64,000 bases of DNA. Origin: an uncultured archaeon. Lineage in GTDB: Archaea; Hadarchaeota; Hadarchaeia; Hadarchaeales; WYZ-LMO6. The notes beneath the pieces are model-generated. The model was given only the letters and a program-made list of their open reading frames with translations. It was not told the DNA's origin and searched no databases. Location: the NCBI GenBank assembly GCA_938074535.1, contig CALJER010000016.1:1-64000 (forward strand). Reading direction: 5' to 3'. This document shows, piece by piece, positions 17,825-26,708 of this stretch (position 1 is its first letter; every line of letters begins with the position of its first letter). A program made the position numbers and the translations under genes.

Positions 17825-18985
17825 ATGAGAATAGCGATGCTCGCCTGGGAGTCCCTGCACTCCATCTGGATAGGAGGGCTGGGAGTGGTGGTGAGCAAGC
17901 TCTCGGCGGAGCTCCACGAGAAGGGCCACGAGGTGCACCTCTTCACCCGATGGGTGGAGGGGCAGGAGGAGCACGAGGTGCTGGACGGAGTTTACTACCA
18001 CCGCTGCAAGTTCGATCCAGGTTTCGACCTCTTCTCCCTCACCCGGAACATGTCCCACGCCATGGTGGCTTCCATGAAGTGGGCGGAGGGGAGGGGGGGG
18101 AGGTTCGACCTGGTGCACGGTCACGACTGGCACGTGGTGGAGGCCCTCCACCTCCTAAGGCAGGAGGGGAGGCGTTTGGTCTTCACCTATCACTCCACCG
18201 AGTACGGCAGGAACGGGAACAGGTTCGGGGACTGGTGGGAGTTCAGGGAGATCTCGGGGAAGGAATGGTACGGGGGCTACCTGGCGGACATGGTGACCAC
18301 GGTCTCGAACTACATGAGGAAGGAGATATGCTGGCTGTACCGCCTCCCCGAGCAGAAGGTGGAGGTGGTCCCCAACGCCGTGGACGCTGAGGAGTTCAGG
18401 ATGGAGGTGGACCCGGACAAGGTCAGGAAGGAGTACGGCCTCTCCGGGGGTCCCCTGGTGCTCTTCCCAGGCCGCTTGGAGTACCAGAAGGGTCCCGACC
18501 TCCTGGTGGAGGCCATTCCCAGGGTGCTGGAGAGGAGGGGGGAGGCGAGGTTCGTGTTCACGGGCGCCGGCAGCATGAAGGAGGGGCTGGAGCGGAGGGT
18601 GAGGGAGCTTGGGATAGGGCACGCCGTCAGGTTCGCGGGTTTTCTGCCTCTGCGGAAGTACATCGAGCTCCTGAACGCCTGCGATGTGGTGTGCATCCCC
18701 AGCCGGAACGAGCCCTTTGGCATCGTCCTGCTGGAGGCCTGGGCGGCGGGGAAGCCCGTGGTGGCGACGGAGGTGGGTGGGCTCAGCGAGAACATGGAAA
18801 ACCTCGTGGAGGGGGTGAAGGTGCAGACCCAGCCGGAGTCGATAGCCTGGGGCATCAACTACCTGCTGGATTCCCCCTCGGAGAGGGAGAGAATGGTGAG
18901 GAACGCGCGGGAGAAGGTAAAAGGCTTTAGCTGGAAAAGGTCCGCCGAGAAGCTCCTGAGCGTGTACCGGAGGCTGCTGGACTGA
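17825..18985 (+). CDS. Glycosyltransferase family 4
   Basis: WESLHSI.IGGL, HGHDWH, HSTEYGRNGN, NEPFGIVLLEAW. Confidence 0.9.
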   Translation: MRIAMLAWESLHSIWIGGLGVVVSKLSAELHEKGHEVHLFTRWVEGQEEHEVLDGVYYHRCKFDPGFDLFSLTRNMSHAMVASMKWAEGRGGRFDLVHGHDWHVVEALHLLRQEGRRLVFTYHSTEYGRNGNRFGDWWEFREISGKEWYGGYLADMVTTVSNYMRKEICWLYRLPEQKVEVVPNAVDAEEFRMEVDPDKVRKEYGLSGGPLVLFPGRLEYQKGPDLLVEAIPRVLERRGEARFVFTGAGSMKEGLERRVRELGIGHAVRFAGFLPLRKYIELLNACDVVCIPSRNEPFGIVLLEAWAAGKPVVATEVGGLSENMENLVEGVKVQTQPESIAWGINYLLDSPSERERMVRNAREKVKGFSWKRSAEKLLSVYRRLLD

Positions 18986-18988
18986 GCC

Positions 18989-19636
18989 TCAGAAAAAGTG
19001 TCCCTTTACGAACTCGAAGTTCCTCCTTATTCTCTCTTCCCCCCTCAGCACGTTGCCGTGGCCAGGCAGGAGGTACTGGAGGTGGAGGTCGGAAATCCTC
19101 TCCAGGGAAGCCAGCAGCTCCTCCGAGCTCCCGCCTGGGAAGTCCGTCCTCCCCACCCCACCCTCGAACACCAAATCCCCGCAGAGGAGGAGTCTAAGCC
19201 CGGCGTGGTAAAGGCTCACGCTTCCGGGGGAGTGGCCTGGGGTGTGCAGGACCAGCAGCTCCGTCTCCCCCCCACCCACCTTCTCCCCAAGGTAGGCGTC
19301 CACCTCGAACCTCGGCACTTCCATCCCAAAGTACCTCCCGAACTCCAGGCTGAACCTGAGGTGGTCCCCCTCCCCTCTGTGAATCATGATTTTGGCGCCG
19401 GAGAGTTCCTGGAGGGGGCGGTTGGCACCGCAGTGGTCAGGATGGCTGTGGGTGTTGACTATTATCTCTATCCCTTCCGGCTCCAAGCCGTCTTTCTTCA
19501 TCTCCCTCAGGCGCCCCTCCAGGTATCTGGGGCTGCCCGGGTCCACTAGGATGGTCGGATCCCCCTCCACCACGTACATGTTGCAGTCCCCCAGGCCCCT
19601 CTCCGGGTACCAGTACACGTTCCTGACCAGCCTCAG
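18989..19636 (-). CDS. MBL-fold metallo-hydrolase (glyoxalase II-like); probable CTG start at 19636, first GTG at 19618
   Basis: THSHPDH, TPGHSPG, GD, GRTDFPGG, PGHG motifs. Confidence 0.88.
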   Translation of the reverse strand: MRLVRNVYWYPERGLGDCNMYVVEGDPTILVDPGSPRYLEGRLREMKKDGLEPEGIEIIVNTHSHPDHCGANRPLQELSGAKIMIHRGEGDHLRFSLEFGRYFGMEVPRFEVDAYLGEKVGGGETELLVLHTPGHSPGSVSLYHAGLRLLLCGDLVFEGGVGRTDFPGGSSEELLASLERISDLHLQYLLPGHGNVLRGEERIRRNFEFVKGHFF

Positions 19637-19640
19637 CCTC

Positions 19641-20054
19641 TCACCCCAGCAGACCCTCCTGTTTCAGGATCCGGAAGGTGGTCCTGGTGAGCTCCGCCTC
19701 CCCCAGCTCCCCTTTCCCGAACCACCTCGCCTCCAGCACCTCCTTCCCCCTCCTCACCCCCCTGGAGAGGGGTTCCCCCCCGAAGCACACGGTCACGTAG
19801 TGGTACCTCAGGCGCCCCCTTCCATCCCTCTCCAGGAGGTCGTAAACCCCCACCAGCCTCTTTAGCCTCACCTTCACTCCCGTTTCCTCGTTCACTTCCC
19901 TCTTCGCCGCCCTCCACACCTCCTCTCCGGGCTCCACCAGGCCTCCGGGCAGGGCCCACTTCCCCCTCTCCGGTTCGGTCCCCCTTCTCACCAGCAGCAC
20001 CTTCCCACCCCTTTCCACCAGCACCGAGGCCCCCAGCCTGGGAAAGCCCTTCAT
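19641..20054 (-). CDS. NUDIX hydrolase (ADP-ribose pyrophosphatase-like)
   Basis: Nudix box PGGLVEPGEEVWRAAKREVNEETG; ATG at 20054 overlaps the cooC stop. Confidence 0.9.
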   Translation of the reverse strand: MKGFPRLGASVLVERGGKVLLVRRGTEPERGKWALPGGLVEPGEEVWRAAKREVNEETGVKVRLKRLVGVYDLLERDGRGRLRYHYVTVCFGGEPLSRGVRRGKEVLEARWFGKGELGEAELTRTTFRILKQEGLLG

Positions 20055-20836
20055 GCGGCCTTCTCCTCCAGCACCCTGCTCAGTTCCACCATCTTCGAGA
20101 AGAACTCCTTCCCCTCCTCCAGGTCGAAGACGGACTTTCCCAGCAGCTCCGCCTTCACCACGGCCTCCTCGTGGGGGAGGACGGCCAGCACGGGCGTGCC
20201 CCCCTCCTCCAGTTTCTTCACCACCTCCTCGCCCCCCTCCCTGAACTTGTTCACCACCGAGAAAATCCTGGTTATCCCCAGGTCCGCACCCAGCTTCTTG
20301 ATTTGCTTTGCCGCCTCCAGGGACTTGAGACTGGGCTCCACCACCACGAGCACCACCTCGGCCGTCCTGGTGGTCCCCCTCCCCAGGTGCTCCACCCCCG
20401 CCTCCATGTCCAGAATCAGGACCTCCGCGAACCCGGAGAGGTAATCCACCAGCCTCCTGGCTAGGGCGTTGGCGGGGCAGAAGCATCCCTGTCCCCCCCT
20501 TCGGATCTTCCCCACCACCAGGAGCCTCACCCCGTCCCTGCACCTGATGCCGAAGCGCTCCACTAGGTCATCCACCTTGGGGTTGAGCTTGAAGACCAGT
20601 CCGTACCCCTCCGGGGGGGCTCCGGTTCTCTCCTGGATGAGGGAGGACCTTTCCATGAGGGGAAGGAGCTTCTCTTCCGGCACTTCTCCCTCCGCCCCCA
20701 GCGTGAGGAGGAGGTTGGGGGAGGGATCCACGTCCAGGGCCACCACCCTCTTCCCCCTCCTTCCGAAGGCCCTGGCCAGCCCTGCCGCCAGGGTGGTCTT
20801 TCCCACCCCGCCTTTCCCCGTCACCGCTATCTTCAA
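20051..20836 (-). CDS. cooC: CooC-family nickel-insertion ATPase
   Basis: GKGGVGKTT, GCFCP Ni-binding motif, DMEAGVEHLGRG. Confidence 0.9.
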   Translation of the reverse strand: MKIAVTGKGGVGKTTLAAGLARAFGRRGKRVVALDVDPSPNLLLTLGAEGEVPEEKLLPLMERSSLIQERTGAPPEGYGLVFKLNPKVDDLVERFGIRCRDGVRLLVVGKIRRGGQGCFCPANALARRLVDYLSGFAEVLILDMEAGVEHLGRGTTRTAEVVLVVVEPSLKSLEAAKQIKKLGADLGITRIFSVVNKFREGGEEVVKKLEEGGTPVLAVLPHEEAVVKAELLGKSVFDLEEGKEFFSKMVELSRVLEEKAA

Positions 20837-20897
20837 GTTCCCGCCTCTACTGAGAAAACTCGATAAGGTTAAAGTCCTCTCGGTTTAAGGGTTGGGG

Positions 20898-21308
20898 ATG
20901 GGGGAAAAGATCGCCAGGATAAGCATCACCCTCCCAGAGGAGCTCCTGCGTGAGCTGGACCGCTCTCTTAAGTCACAGGACTACGCCAGCCGCTCCGAGG
21001 CCATCAGGGACGCCGTCAGGGACTTCCTGGCGAACTACAAGTGGCGCAGCGAGCTGGAAGGCGAGTTCCTGGGAGTGGTGGTGATGGTCTACGATCACGA
21101 GGTGAGGGGCCTGACGGAGGAGATTCTGGAGATACAGCACAGGAGCGAGGGGATCATCCGTTCCTCCCAGCACCTCCACCTGGACGAAAGGAACTGCATG
21201 GAGACCCTGCTGGTAAAGGGGACGGCGGAAGAGATCAGGAAGCTAGCGGACAGGCTCGGGGCCCTGCGCGGGGTCAAGCAGGTGAAGCTCGTGGTGGCGG
21301 GCACCTGA
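20898..21308 (+). CDS. nikR: Nickel-responsive regulator
   Basis: N-terminal ribbon-helix-helix (RISITL...SRSEAIRDA); QH...HLHL....CME nickel ligands. Confidence 0.92.
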   Translation: MGEKIARISITLPEELLRELDRSLKSQDYASRSEAIRDAVRDFLANYKWRSELEGEFLGVVVMVYDHEVRGLTEEILEIQHRSEGIIRSSQHLHLDERNCMETLLVKGTAEEIRKLADRLGALRGVKQVKLVVAGT

Positions 21309-21310
21309 AG

Positions 21311-21433
21311 TCACTTGGCCCGCTTCCTGCTCATCTTCTTGAACTCCTCCCACTCCTTCAGGCTCTCGGACTTTTTCTTGGGGAGTTTCTCCTCTTCGAT
21401 GGTGGCGTTTACTTCCGCTCCTCCGCAGGCCAT
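21311..21433 (-). CDS. Possible 40-aa small protein
   Basis: MACGGAEVNATIEEEKLPKKKSESLKEWEEFKKMSRKRAK; TTTTATAT element about 30 nt upstream; fills the intergenic gap. Confidence 0.4.
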   Translation of the reverse strand: MACGGAEVNATIEEEKLPKKKSESLKEWEEFKKMSRKRAK

Positions 21434-21476
21434 GGGACCACTCGTACGCTTCACCCTCCCGATATAAAAGGGTGGC

Positions 21477-22010
21477 TCAGGGCGGGGCCCTATCGAAGAA
21501 GGGGCTTTTTCCCGAGGCGGAGAGGGGAAGGGCAACCACCACATCGGCCTCCGCGAGGCCGGCCTTCCTCGCCGCCACACCCGCTGAGAACATCATTCTG
21601 TTGTCCACATTCAGGAGAGAGGCGGTCTTGGCTGCCGACCCCAGCGCTATCCCGAGGTTGAGGGCGTCCACCACGCAGATGGGCCCCGCGCACCCCCTCC
21701 CTTCCTTCTTCCCCCCCTTCCTCAGCCCTTCACAGCTGCTGCCGCAGGCCCCGCAGTTCAGGTCCAGGGGCTCGCCCACCAGTCCCACCAGCAGGACGGC
21801 TCCCGCCTCCCTCACGCTCCTGGCGTCCCTGCGGAAGAACTCGTACTCTCCCGCCATCTCCTCCATTTTTTCCGCCAGTTTCTCCTTCTCCTCTCCGGTG
21901 AGCACCCTTATCCTTAGGTGGTCCCTTCCCCTGGCCTTGGGGGCGGTCCTGGCCGAGAGGGCCATGAGCCTGGCCACCTCCAGCAGGCCCTCCCTTTCCG
22001 TTCCTTCCAT
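21477..22010 (-). CDS. Ferredoxin domain-containing protein (DUF2148-like)
   Basis: ARTAPKARG, CGACG..C, C..P.C, LGIALGSA, VDNRMM, KSPFFDR. Confidence 0.85.
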   Translation of the reverse strand: MEGTEREGLLEVARLMALSARTAPKARGRDHLRIRVLTGEEKEKLAEKMEEMAGEYEFFRRDARSVREAGAVLLVGLVGEPLDLNCGACGSSCEGLRKGGKKEGRGCAGPICVVDALNLGIALGSAAKTASLLNVDNRMMFSAGVAARKAGLAEADVVVALPLSASGKSPFFDRAPP

Positions 22011-22077
22011 CCTTCCCTCTCTGGGGTAGGGGGCTAAAAACGGTGCCCTTTTTTTCTTTCGAACCTGAAGGGAGGGG

Positions 22078-22917
22078 ATGAAGGCGGTGGCGGTGCTCCT
22101 GCTTCTCTTCCTGAGCGTGCAGCTCCTCGGCCTCCTAACGGGCGTGAGGTACCTTGAGCTGATGGAGAGCGGGGAAGCTGAACCCCTCTTCTCCAACCCC
22201 CAAAGTCCCTGGAACTCCCTCTACCTCTTCGCCGCCCTCCTTCCCCTTACCCTCCTGGTGATCCTCCTCCTGAAGTTCAGGAGGAGGTGGTTCAGGGCGT
22301 TTGAGCTCACGGTGGTCTTCCTCTGCTGCTGGCTAACGTTGGACCTCCTGGTGGGATTCCAGCTGGGCTGGTTCTCCTCCGGTCTGCTGCTCTCCCTCCT
22401 CCTGGTGGGGTGGAGGGCGTACAGGCCCATCCACCTGAACAGGGATCTCGTTCTGGTCTTCTCCGCCGCAGGGGTGGGATCGGTGCTCGGCGTATCCATG
22501 GGTCTTGCTCCCGGCCTGCTTCTCCTGGCCCTCTTCTCCGCCTACGATTACTTCTCCGTCTTCATCAGCCGGCACATGGTTTTCATGGCCAAGAGACTGG
22601 TCCCTTCCTCCAGCTCCCTCCTCCTCTCCGTCCCCAAGGACCTGCGGGAGTTCCTGGAGGAGGGGAAACCTGAGAGAGTGGGGGGAGGGAGGGTCCTCTA
22701 CCTGGGAGGCGGGGATCTCATCCTTCCCCTGGTCTTCTCAGCCTCCGTCCTCTCCGCCGAGGGGCTTCCCAGCTCCCTCCTCGTCTCCCTCTCTTCCTCC
22801 CTTTTCCTCCTGCTCCTCCTGCTCCTCCTCTCCCGCAGGCCTGGAAGGATTCTGCCCGGTCTTCCCTTCCTTTCCGTCGGCTGTTTGCTGGGGTTCTTGC
22901 TCTCCCGCCTCTTGTAG
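22078..22917 (+). CDS. Presenilin-family intramembrane aspartyl protease
   Basis: Multi-TM protein with YD, LGGGD and PGLP (PAL-like) motifs. Confidence 0.85.
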   Translation: MKAVAVLLLLFLSVQLLGLLTGVRYLELMESGEAEPLFSNPQSPWNSLYLFAALLPLTLLVILLLKFRRRWFRAFELTVVFLCCWLTLDLLVGFQLGWFSSGLLLSLLLVGWRAYRPIHLNRDLVLVFSAAGVGSVLGVSMGLAPGLLLLALFSAYDYFSVFISRHMVFMAKRLVPSSSSLLLSVPKDLREFLEEGKPERVGGGRVLYLGGGDLILPLVFSASVLSAEGLPSSLLVSLSSSLFLLLLLLLLSRRPGRILPGLPFLSVGCLLGFLLSRLL

Positions 22918-22965
22918 GGGTTCCTACCGAAACGGATAAGGGAGAACCCGCTCATCTCCAGAGGT

Positions 22966-23688
22966 ATGAAGCCCATCTACGAGCCCAGGGAAGGAAGGAA
23001 GATGAGGATCCTGGTGCTCTTCTCGGGAGGGGCCAGCGCCCTGCCCTTCATGGTGGGAGGAGAAACGTACGAGGTGATAGGGGGGATCTCCTCCAGCGGA
23101 AGCGCCCCGGGCCTCTCCAGGTTCAGGTCCCTGGGGATACCGGCGGAGGCGGTGGACATCAAAGAGTTCTACGCCGGCAGACCCCTCAGGGACATGCGGG
23201 TGAGGGAGGAGTACGAGAAAAGGCTCCTTTCGGTGATGGAGGAGAGGGGATGGGAGCCGGATGTGGTCGCCTGCTCCGGCTACATGTACATCCTCACCCC
23301 AGCCTTCCTCAGGAGGTTCCCCCACCGCGTTCTGAACGTCCATCCCGCCGATCTCTCCATAGAGGAGGGGGGGAGGAGGAAGTACACGGGTTTGCACGCC
23401 GTGAGGGACCAGCTGGAGGCCGGAGAAAAGGTGACGAGGTCCACCGTGCACGTGATGATCGAAGAGGCGGACCAGGGCCCCATCCTGGTGATCTCTCCTC
23501 CCCTGCCGGTGGAGGGCAGGAGCCCGGAAGAGCAGCAGGAGCTGATGAAGGTGAAGTGTGACGGTCCAGCCTACAGGGAGGCCCTCCGCCTCCTTTCGGA
23601 GGGGAGGTTCGCGCTGGATGAGAGGGGAAGGGTTTATGTCAGGAAGAATGGTGAGTGGAGGGAGGGATACGTGAGGATGGAGGGATGA
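22966..23688 (+). CDS. purN: Phosphoribosylglycinamide formyltransferase-like
   Basis: LFSGGAS, GYMYIL, LNVHPADL, STVH...D.GPI; adjacent to purD. Confidence 0.75.
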   Translation: MKPIYEPREGRKMRILVLFSGGASALPFMVGGETYEVIGGISSSGSAPGLSRFRSLGIPAEAVDIKEFYAGRPLRDMRVREEYEKRLLSVMEERGWEPDVVACSGYMYILTPAFLRRFPHRVLNVHPADLSIEEGGRRKYTGLHAVRDQLEAGEKVTRSTVHVMIEEADQGPILVISPPLPVEGRSPEEQQELMKVKCDGPAYREALRLLSEGRFALDERGRVYVRKNGEWREGYVRMEG

Positions 23689-23689
23689 G

Positions 23690-25093
23690 ATGGCGGTGGG
23701 CGTGCTCGGGGTGAGCTACGGCAGCAGGTTTGCCTGTTTGGCCGATACCCTCTGCCGGAGCTGGCACATGGTGAGGCTCTTCATAGCGGACAAACAGAGG
23801 AACCCCTACAACCTCAGGAAGGCCCAGGAGACGGGCGGGGAGCAGGTGGTCATCCCGGACCTGAATGTGCAGGACATCGTGAGGTTCGCGAAGAGGCACG
23901 CCAGGGAGATCTCCTTCGGTGTGCTGGGTCCGGAGGGTCCCGGCATGCAGGGGATAAGGGACGTGCTGGAAAGGGAGACCGGGATAAAGATGATTTGCCC
24001 CAGCCTGGAGTACTTCCTGGAGAAAAGCAAGGTGAGGCAAAGGAAGCTCCTGCAGGAGGTGGCTCCCGAGGCCAATCCCAGGTTCAGGGTCTTCGATCCG
24101 GCCGAAATCCCAAAGGACAGGGTGAAGGAGGAAGTCTACCGCTGGCTGGACGAGGTGGGGGAGAGGGTGGCCGTGAAGCCCGATGCCCCCGCCACCGGGA
24201 AGGGGGTGGGGGTATGGGGGGACCACTTCAGAACCAAGGAGGAGATGTTCCGCGAGTACTTCCTCCCCTCCTTCTCCAGGGGACCCGTGATCGTGGAGGA
24301 AAAGCTGGAGGGGGAGGAGTTCTCCCTCCAGTTCCTCTCGGACGGGGAACACCTGGTTCCCACCCCCTGCGTGAGGGACTACAAGAGGGCCTTCGACTGG
24401 GACAAGGGGCCCAACACGGGCGGCATGGGCTCCTACAAGGATAAGGGGGAGCTCCTGCCCTTCATGGAGAGGGCCGACTGGGAAAAGGCCGTGGAAGTGG
24501 CGGAGCGCCTGCACCGCAGGCTGAAGGGGGAAGGAAGGAATCCGGGTCTGATGGGGGTGATGTACATGGGCTACATCCTCACCCGGGAGGGGGTGAAGGT
24601 CCTGGAAGTGAACAGCAGATGGGGGGACCCGGAGGTGATGAATCTGATGCCGCTGCTGGAGGACGACTTCGTGGAGGTATGCTTCCGCTGCTTGGATGGG
24701 GAGCTGAGGGCGATGAGGTTCAGGGAGAGGGCCAGTGTGGTGGTCTACGCGGTCCCCCTGGACTACGGAGGATACAGGAAGTACTCGGGGCCCAGGGTGG
24801 TGAGGATGGAGGAGGCGGAGGACCTGAAGAAGAAATACGGGGAGGACCTCAGGCTCTACCCTGGATCCCTGGAGATAAGGGAGAACGGCCAGCTATGGGC
24901 GCTGGGTTCCAGAACCGTGGCGGCGGTGGGAATAGGGGAGGACCTGGAGAGGGCGAGGGAGATAGCGCTCGAGGCCGTGAGGAGGATCGACGGCCCTCTG
25001 AGGCACAGGGAGGACGTGGCCCTGAGGGAGCACGTGGAGAGGAGCATCCTGCACGTGAGGGTCCTCAGGTCCTCAGCCCCCTCAAACACCTGA
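23690..25093 (+). CDS. purD: Phosphoribosylamine-glycine ligase
   Basis: GPE, GKGV, EEKLEGEEFS, DYKRAFDWDKGPNTGGMGS, EVNSRWGDPE. Confidence 0.92.
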   Translation: MAVGVLGVSYGSRFACLADTLCRSWHMVRLFIADKQRNPYNLRKAQETGGEQVVIPDLNVQDIVRFAKRHAREISFGVLGPEGPGMQGIRDVLERETGIKMICPSLEYFLEKSKVRQRKLLQEVAPEANPRFRVFDPAEIPKDRVKEEVYRWLDEVGERVAVKPDAPATGKGVGVWGDHFRTKEEMFREYFLPSFSRGPVIVEEKLEGEEFSLQFLSDGEHLVPTPCVRDYKRAFDWDKGPNTGGMGSYKDKGELLPFMERADWEKAVEVAERLHRRLKGEGRNPGLMGVMYMGYILTREGVKVLEVNSRWGDPEVMNLMPLLEDDFVEVCFRCLDGELRAMRFRERASVVVYAVPLDYGGYRKYSGPRVVRMEEAEDLKKKYGEDLRLYPGSLEIRENGQLWALGSRTVAAVGIGEDLERAREIALEAVRRIDGPLRHREDVALREHVERSILHVRVLRSSAPSNT

Positions 25094-25784
25094 GCTGGGC
25101 TTCCTTGGCCCCTGCCATGTTTGAATCCAGGTCTTCCCCCCAGCCGCTCTCCAGGAGTTTCTTGGACTCGCGCAGGGGGAGGGGGTGCAGGGAAAGAATC
25201 CTTTCCACATAGAGCCTGGTTCCCTCTTCTAGGGAGGGAAAAATCCCGTTCACCAGGCCCACCCTTTCACCCTCCTCGGCCGTCATTCTCCTCCCCCCCA
25301 GGATGAAGTCCCTGGCCACTCCGTCCCCCACTATCCTGGGCAGGAGGTGAAGGGCCCCCATGTCTGGGAGAATGCCGAACTCTGGCTCCCTGAGGAAGAA
25401 GATGGTTCCGGGGGTGGCGAGCCTCAGGTCGGCGGCCAGGGCCAGCTGCATTCCTCCCCCTATGGCGTACCTCTGGCAGGCTGCCACCACCGGGCATTCC
25501 ATCTTCCTGATCTTCACTATTACCTGCTGGGCCAGGTCTATCACGGGAAGGAGCCTGTTCTCCTCCCACCCGGCCAGCTCAGCTAGGACGGAGGTGTCCA
25601 GGCCAGAGCAGAAGGTGTCCCCCTTCCCCGCCAGCACGACCACTCTGGGCTCCTCCTCCTTCACCTGGTCCAGGACCGCGTTCAGCTCCTCCAGCACCCT
25701 CAGATCCAGTGCGTTTTTCTTCTCCGGCCGGTTCAGCTCTATCCTGGAAACCTCGCCCAGCTCCACCCTCACCTTTTCCGGCAT
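25065..25784 (-). CDS. Enoyl-CoA hydratase/isomerase family protein
   Basis: LNRPEKKNAL, FCSGLD, AIGGG.QLALAADLR, EPEFGILPD.G. Confidence 0.9.
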   Translation of the reverse strand: MPEKVRVELGEVSRIELNRPEKKNALDLRVLEELNAVLDQVKEEEPRVVVLAGKGDTFCSGLDTSVLAELAGWEENRLLPVIDLAQQVIVKIRKMECPVVAACQRYAIGGGMQLALAADLRLATPGTIFFLREPEFGILPDMGALHLLPRIVGDGVARDFILGGRRMTAEEGERVGLVNGIFPSLEEGTRLYVERILSLHPLPLRESKKLLESGWGEDLDSNMAGAKEAQLRCLRGLRT

Positions 25785-25929
25785 CCCTCCCCCCTTCTCC
25801 TCAGGGATAAAAAGTTTGGAGGGAAGGAGGGAGAAGCCGACCACCGCCCTTGGCCATCACGGGAGGAGAGCTCGTTTCCGGGAGGTTTACCACCATGTTC
25901 CTCGTGCGGTGAAGGCTGGGGCTTCCCCC

Positions 25930-26246
25930 GCCAAGGATCCTGACGCGGGGTTCCCCCATCCAGGCCCAGCTCCCCTGCTACTTGAGGAGGATCAGGGGAA
26001 GCGAGGCCTCGGACATCATCAGCCCCACCACGAAGGTCCCCTGCCAGAGACGCCGGGGGGAAAACGGAAATGACCCCGGAGGAGCCAGGACAGGGTGATG
26101 GAGAGAGAATGACCTTCTGGCGGGAAATGGGCCCCCCGAACATGGACTCCGGCGAAGAGCAAAGCCGAGCCGGTGGAAAAGGTGGTCGGGCTTGCTGGGG
26201 AGTTGGGCAGAGAGGTGGCTTCGGCGAGGCCCGCAGGATCCTTGGC
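25930..26246 (+). ncRNA. Unassigned highly structured RNA candidate
   Basis: No credible CDS in the region; nested helices 25930-25942/26234-26246 (13 bp), 25964-25975/26197-26208 (12 bp with G-U), 26032-26038/26111-26117, 26039-26043/26091-26095, 26053-26058/26074-26079; purine-rich loops on the + strand. Confidence 0.55.
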
Positions 26247-26260
26247 CCCAAACCGAGGTC

Positions 26261-26671
26261 CTAACCCTCGGGCCTCAGCTCCAGGGTTTCCCACCTCACC
26301 CTTCCTCCCTCTACCACCTCTTTGATCTTTCTCTCCACTGGGGTGAGGACGCTCCTCCCCGTCTTTACCTCCAGGAACACCACTTCCCTGGGCTCCCCCC
26401 TGCTGTGCCCCTCGAAAACCACGTAGTCTACCGGGGAGCCTATGAAGCGGGCGTCGGAGGGCTCGTACTTGAACTGCGGGAGGAGGGGGGCCATCTGCTC
26501 CCCTATCCTTCCCTTCAGGACGGCCCTGCTCCTTTCCAGGGCCTCCTTCCTGAGGGTTTCCTCCACCTCCAGCTTCCATCTCTCCAGCTTGCTCCTGAAA
26601 AGGGCAAGAAGGAAGAGGTAGGACACCCCCAGCCCCAGCAGGAACCCCAGCAGCAGCCAGAGGGCCTCCAT
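26261..26671 (-). CDS. Membrane-anchored Holliday-junction-resolvase-like endonuclease
   Basis: N-terminal TM; SRAVLKG...EQMAP, DARFIGSPVDYVVF, EVKTG PD-(D/E)xK motif. Confidence 0.85.
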   Translation of the reverse strand: MEALWLLLGFLLGLGVSYLFLLALFRSKLERWKLEVEETLRKEALERSRAVLKGRIGEQMAPLLPQFKYEPSDARFIGSPVDYVVFEGHSRGEPREVVFLEVKTGRSVLTPVERKIKEVVEGGRVRWETLELRPEG

Positions 26672-26708
26672 CTTCCTCCCCTCCCGTGGGAGGAAGGGAG
26701 TAAAGCCT

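Noticed and set aside
20837-20897. NikR operator between cooC and nikR
   Set aside because: No convincing spaced inverted repeat visible
25850-25895. Faint 5S rRNA-like words (GGCCAT..., CTCGTTTC..., GGAGGTT)
   Set aside because: Spacing and helices do not fit the 5S rRNA structure
25990-26025. CTGATGA on the minus strand as a hammerhead ribozyme core or C box
   Set aside because: No stem II followed by GAAA and no proper D'/C' arrangement
25769-26264. ORFs 25769-26251 (-) and 26070-26264 (+) as proteins
   Set aside because: Pro/Ser/Gly-rich translations with no motifs, typical of GC-rich shadow frames
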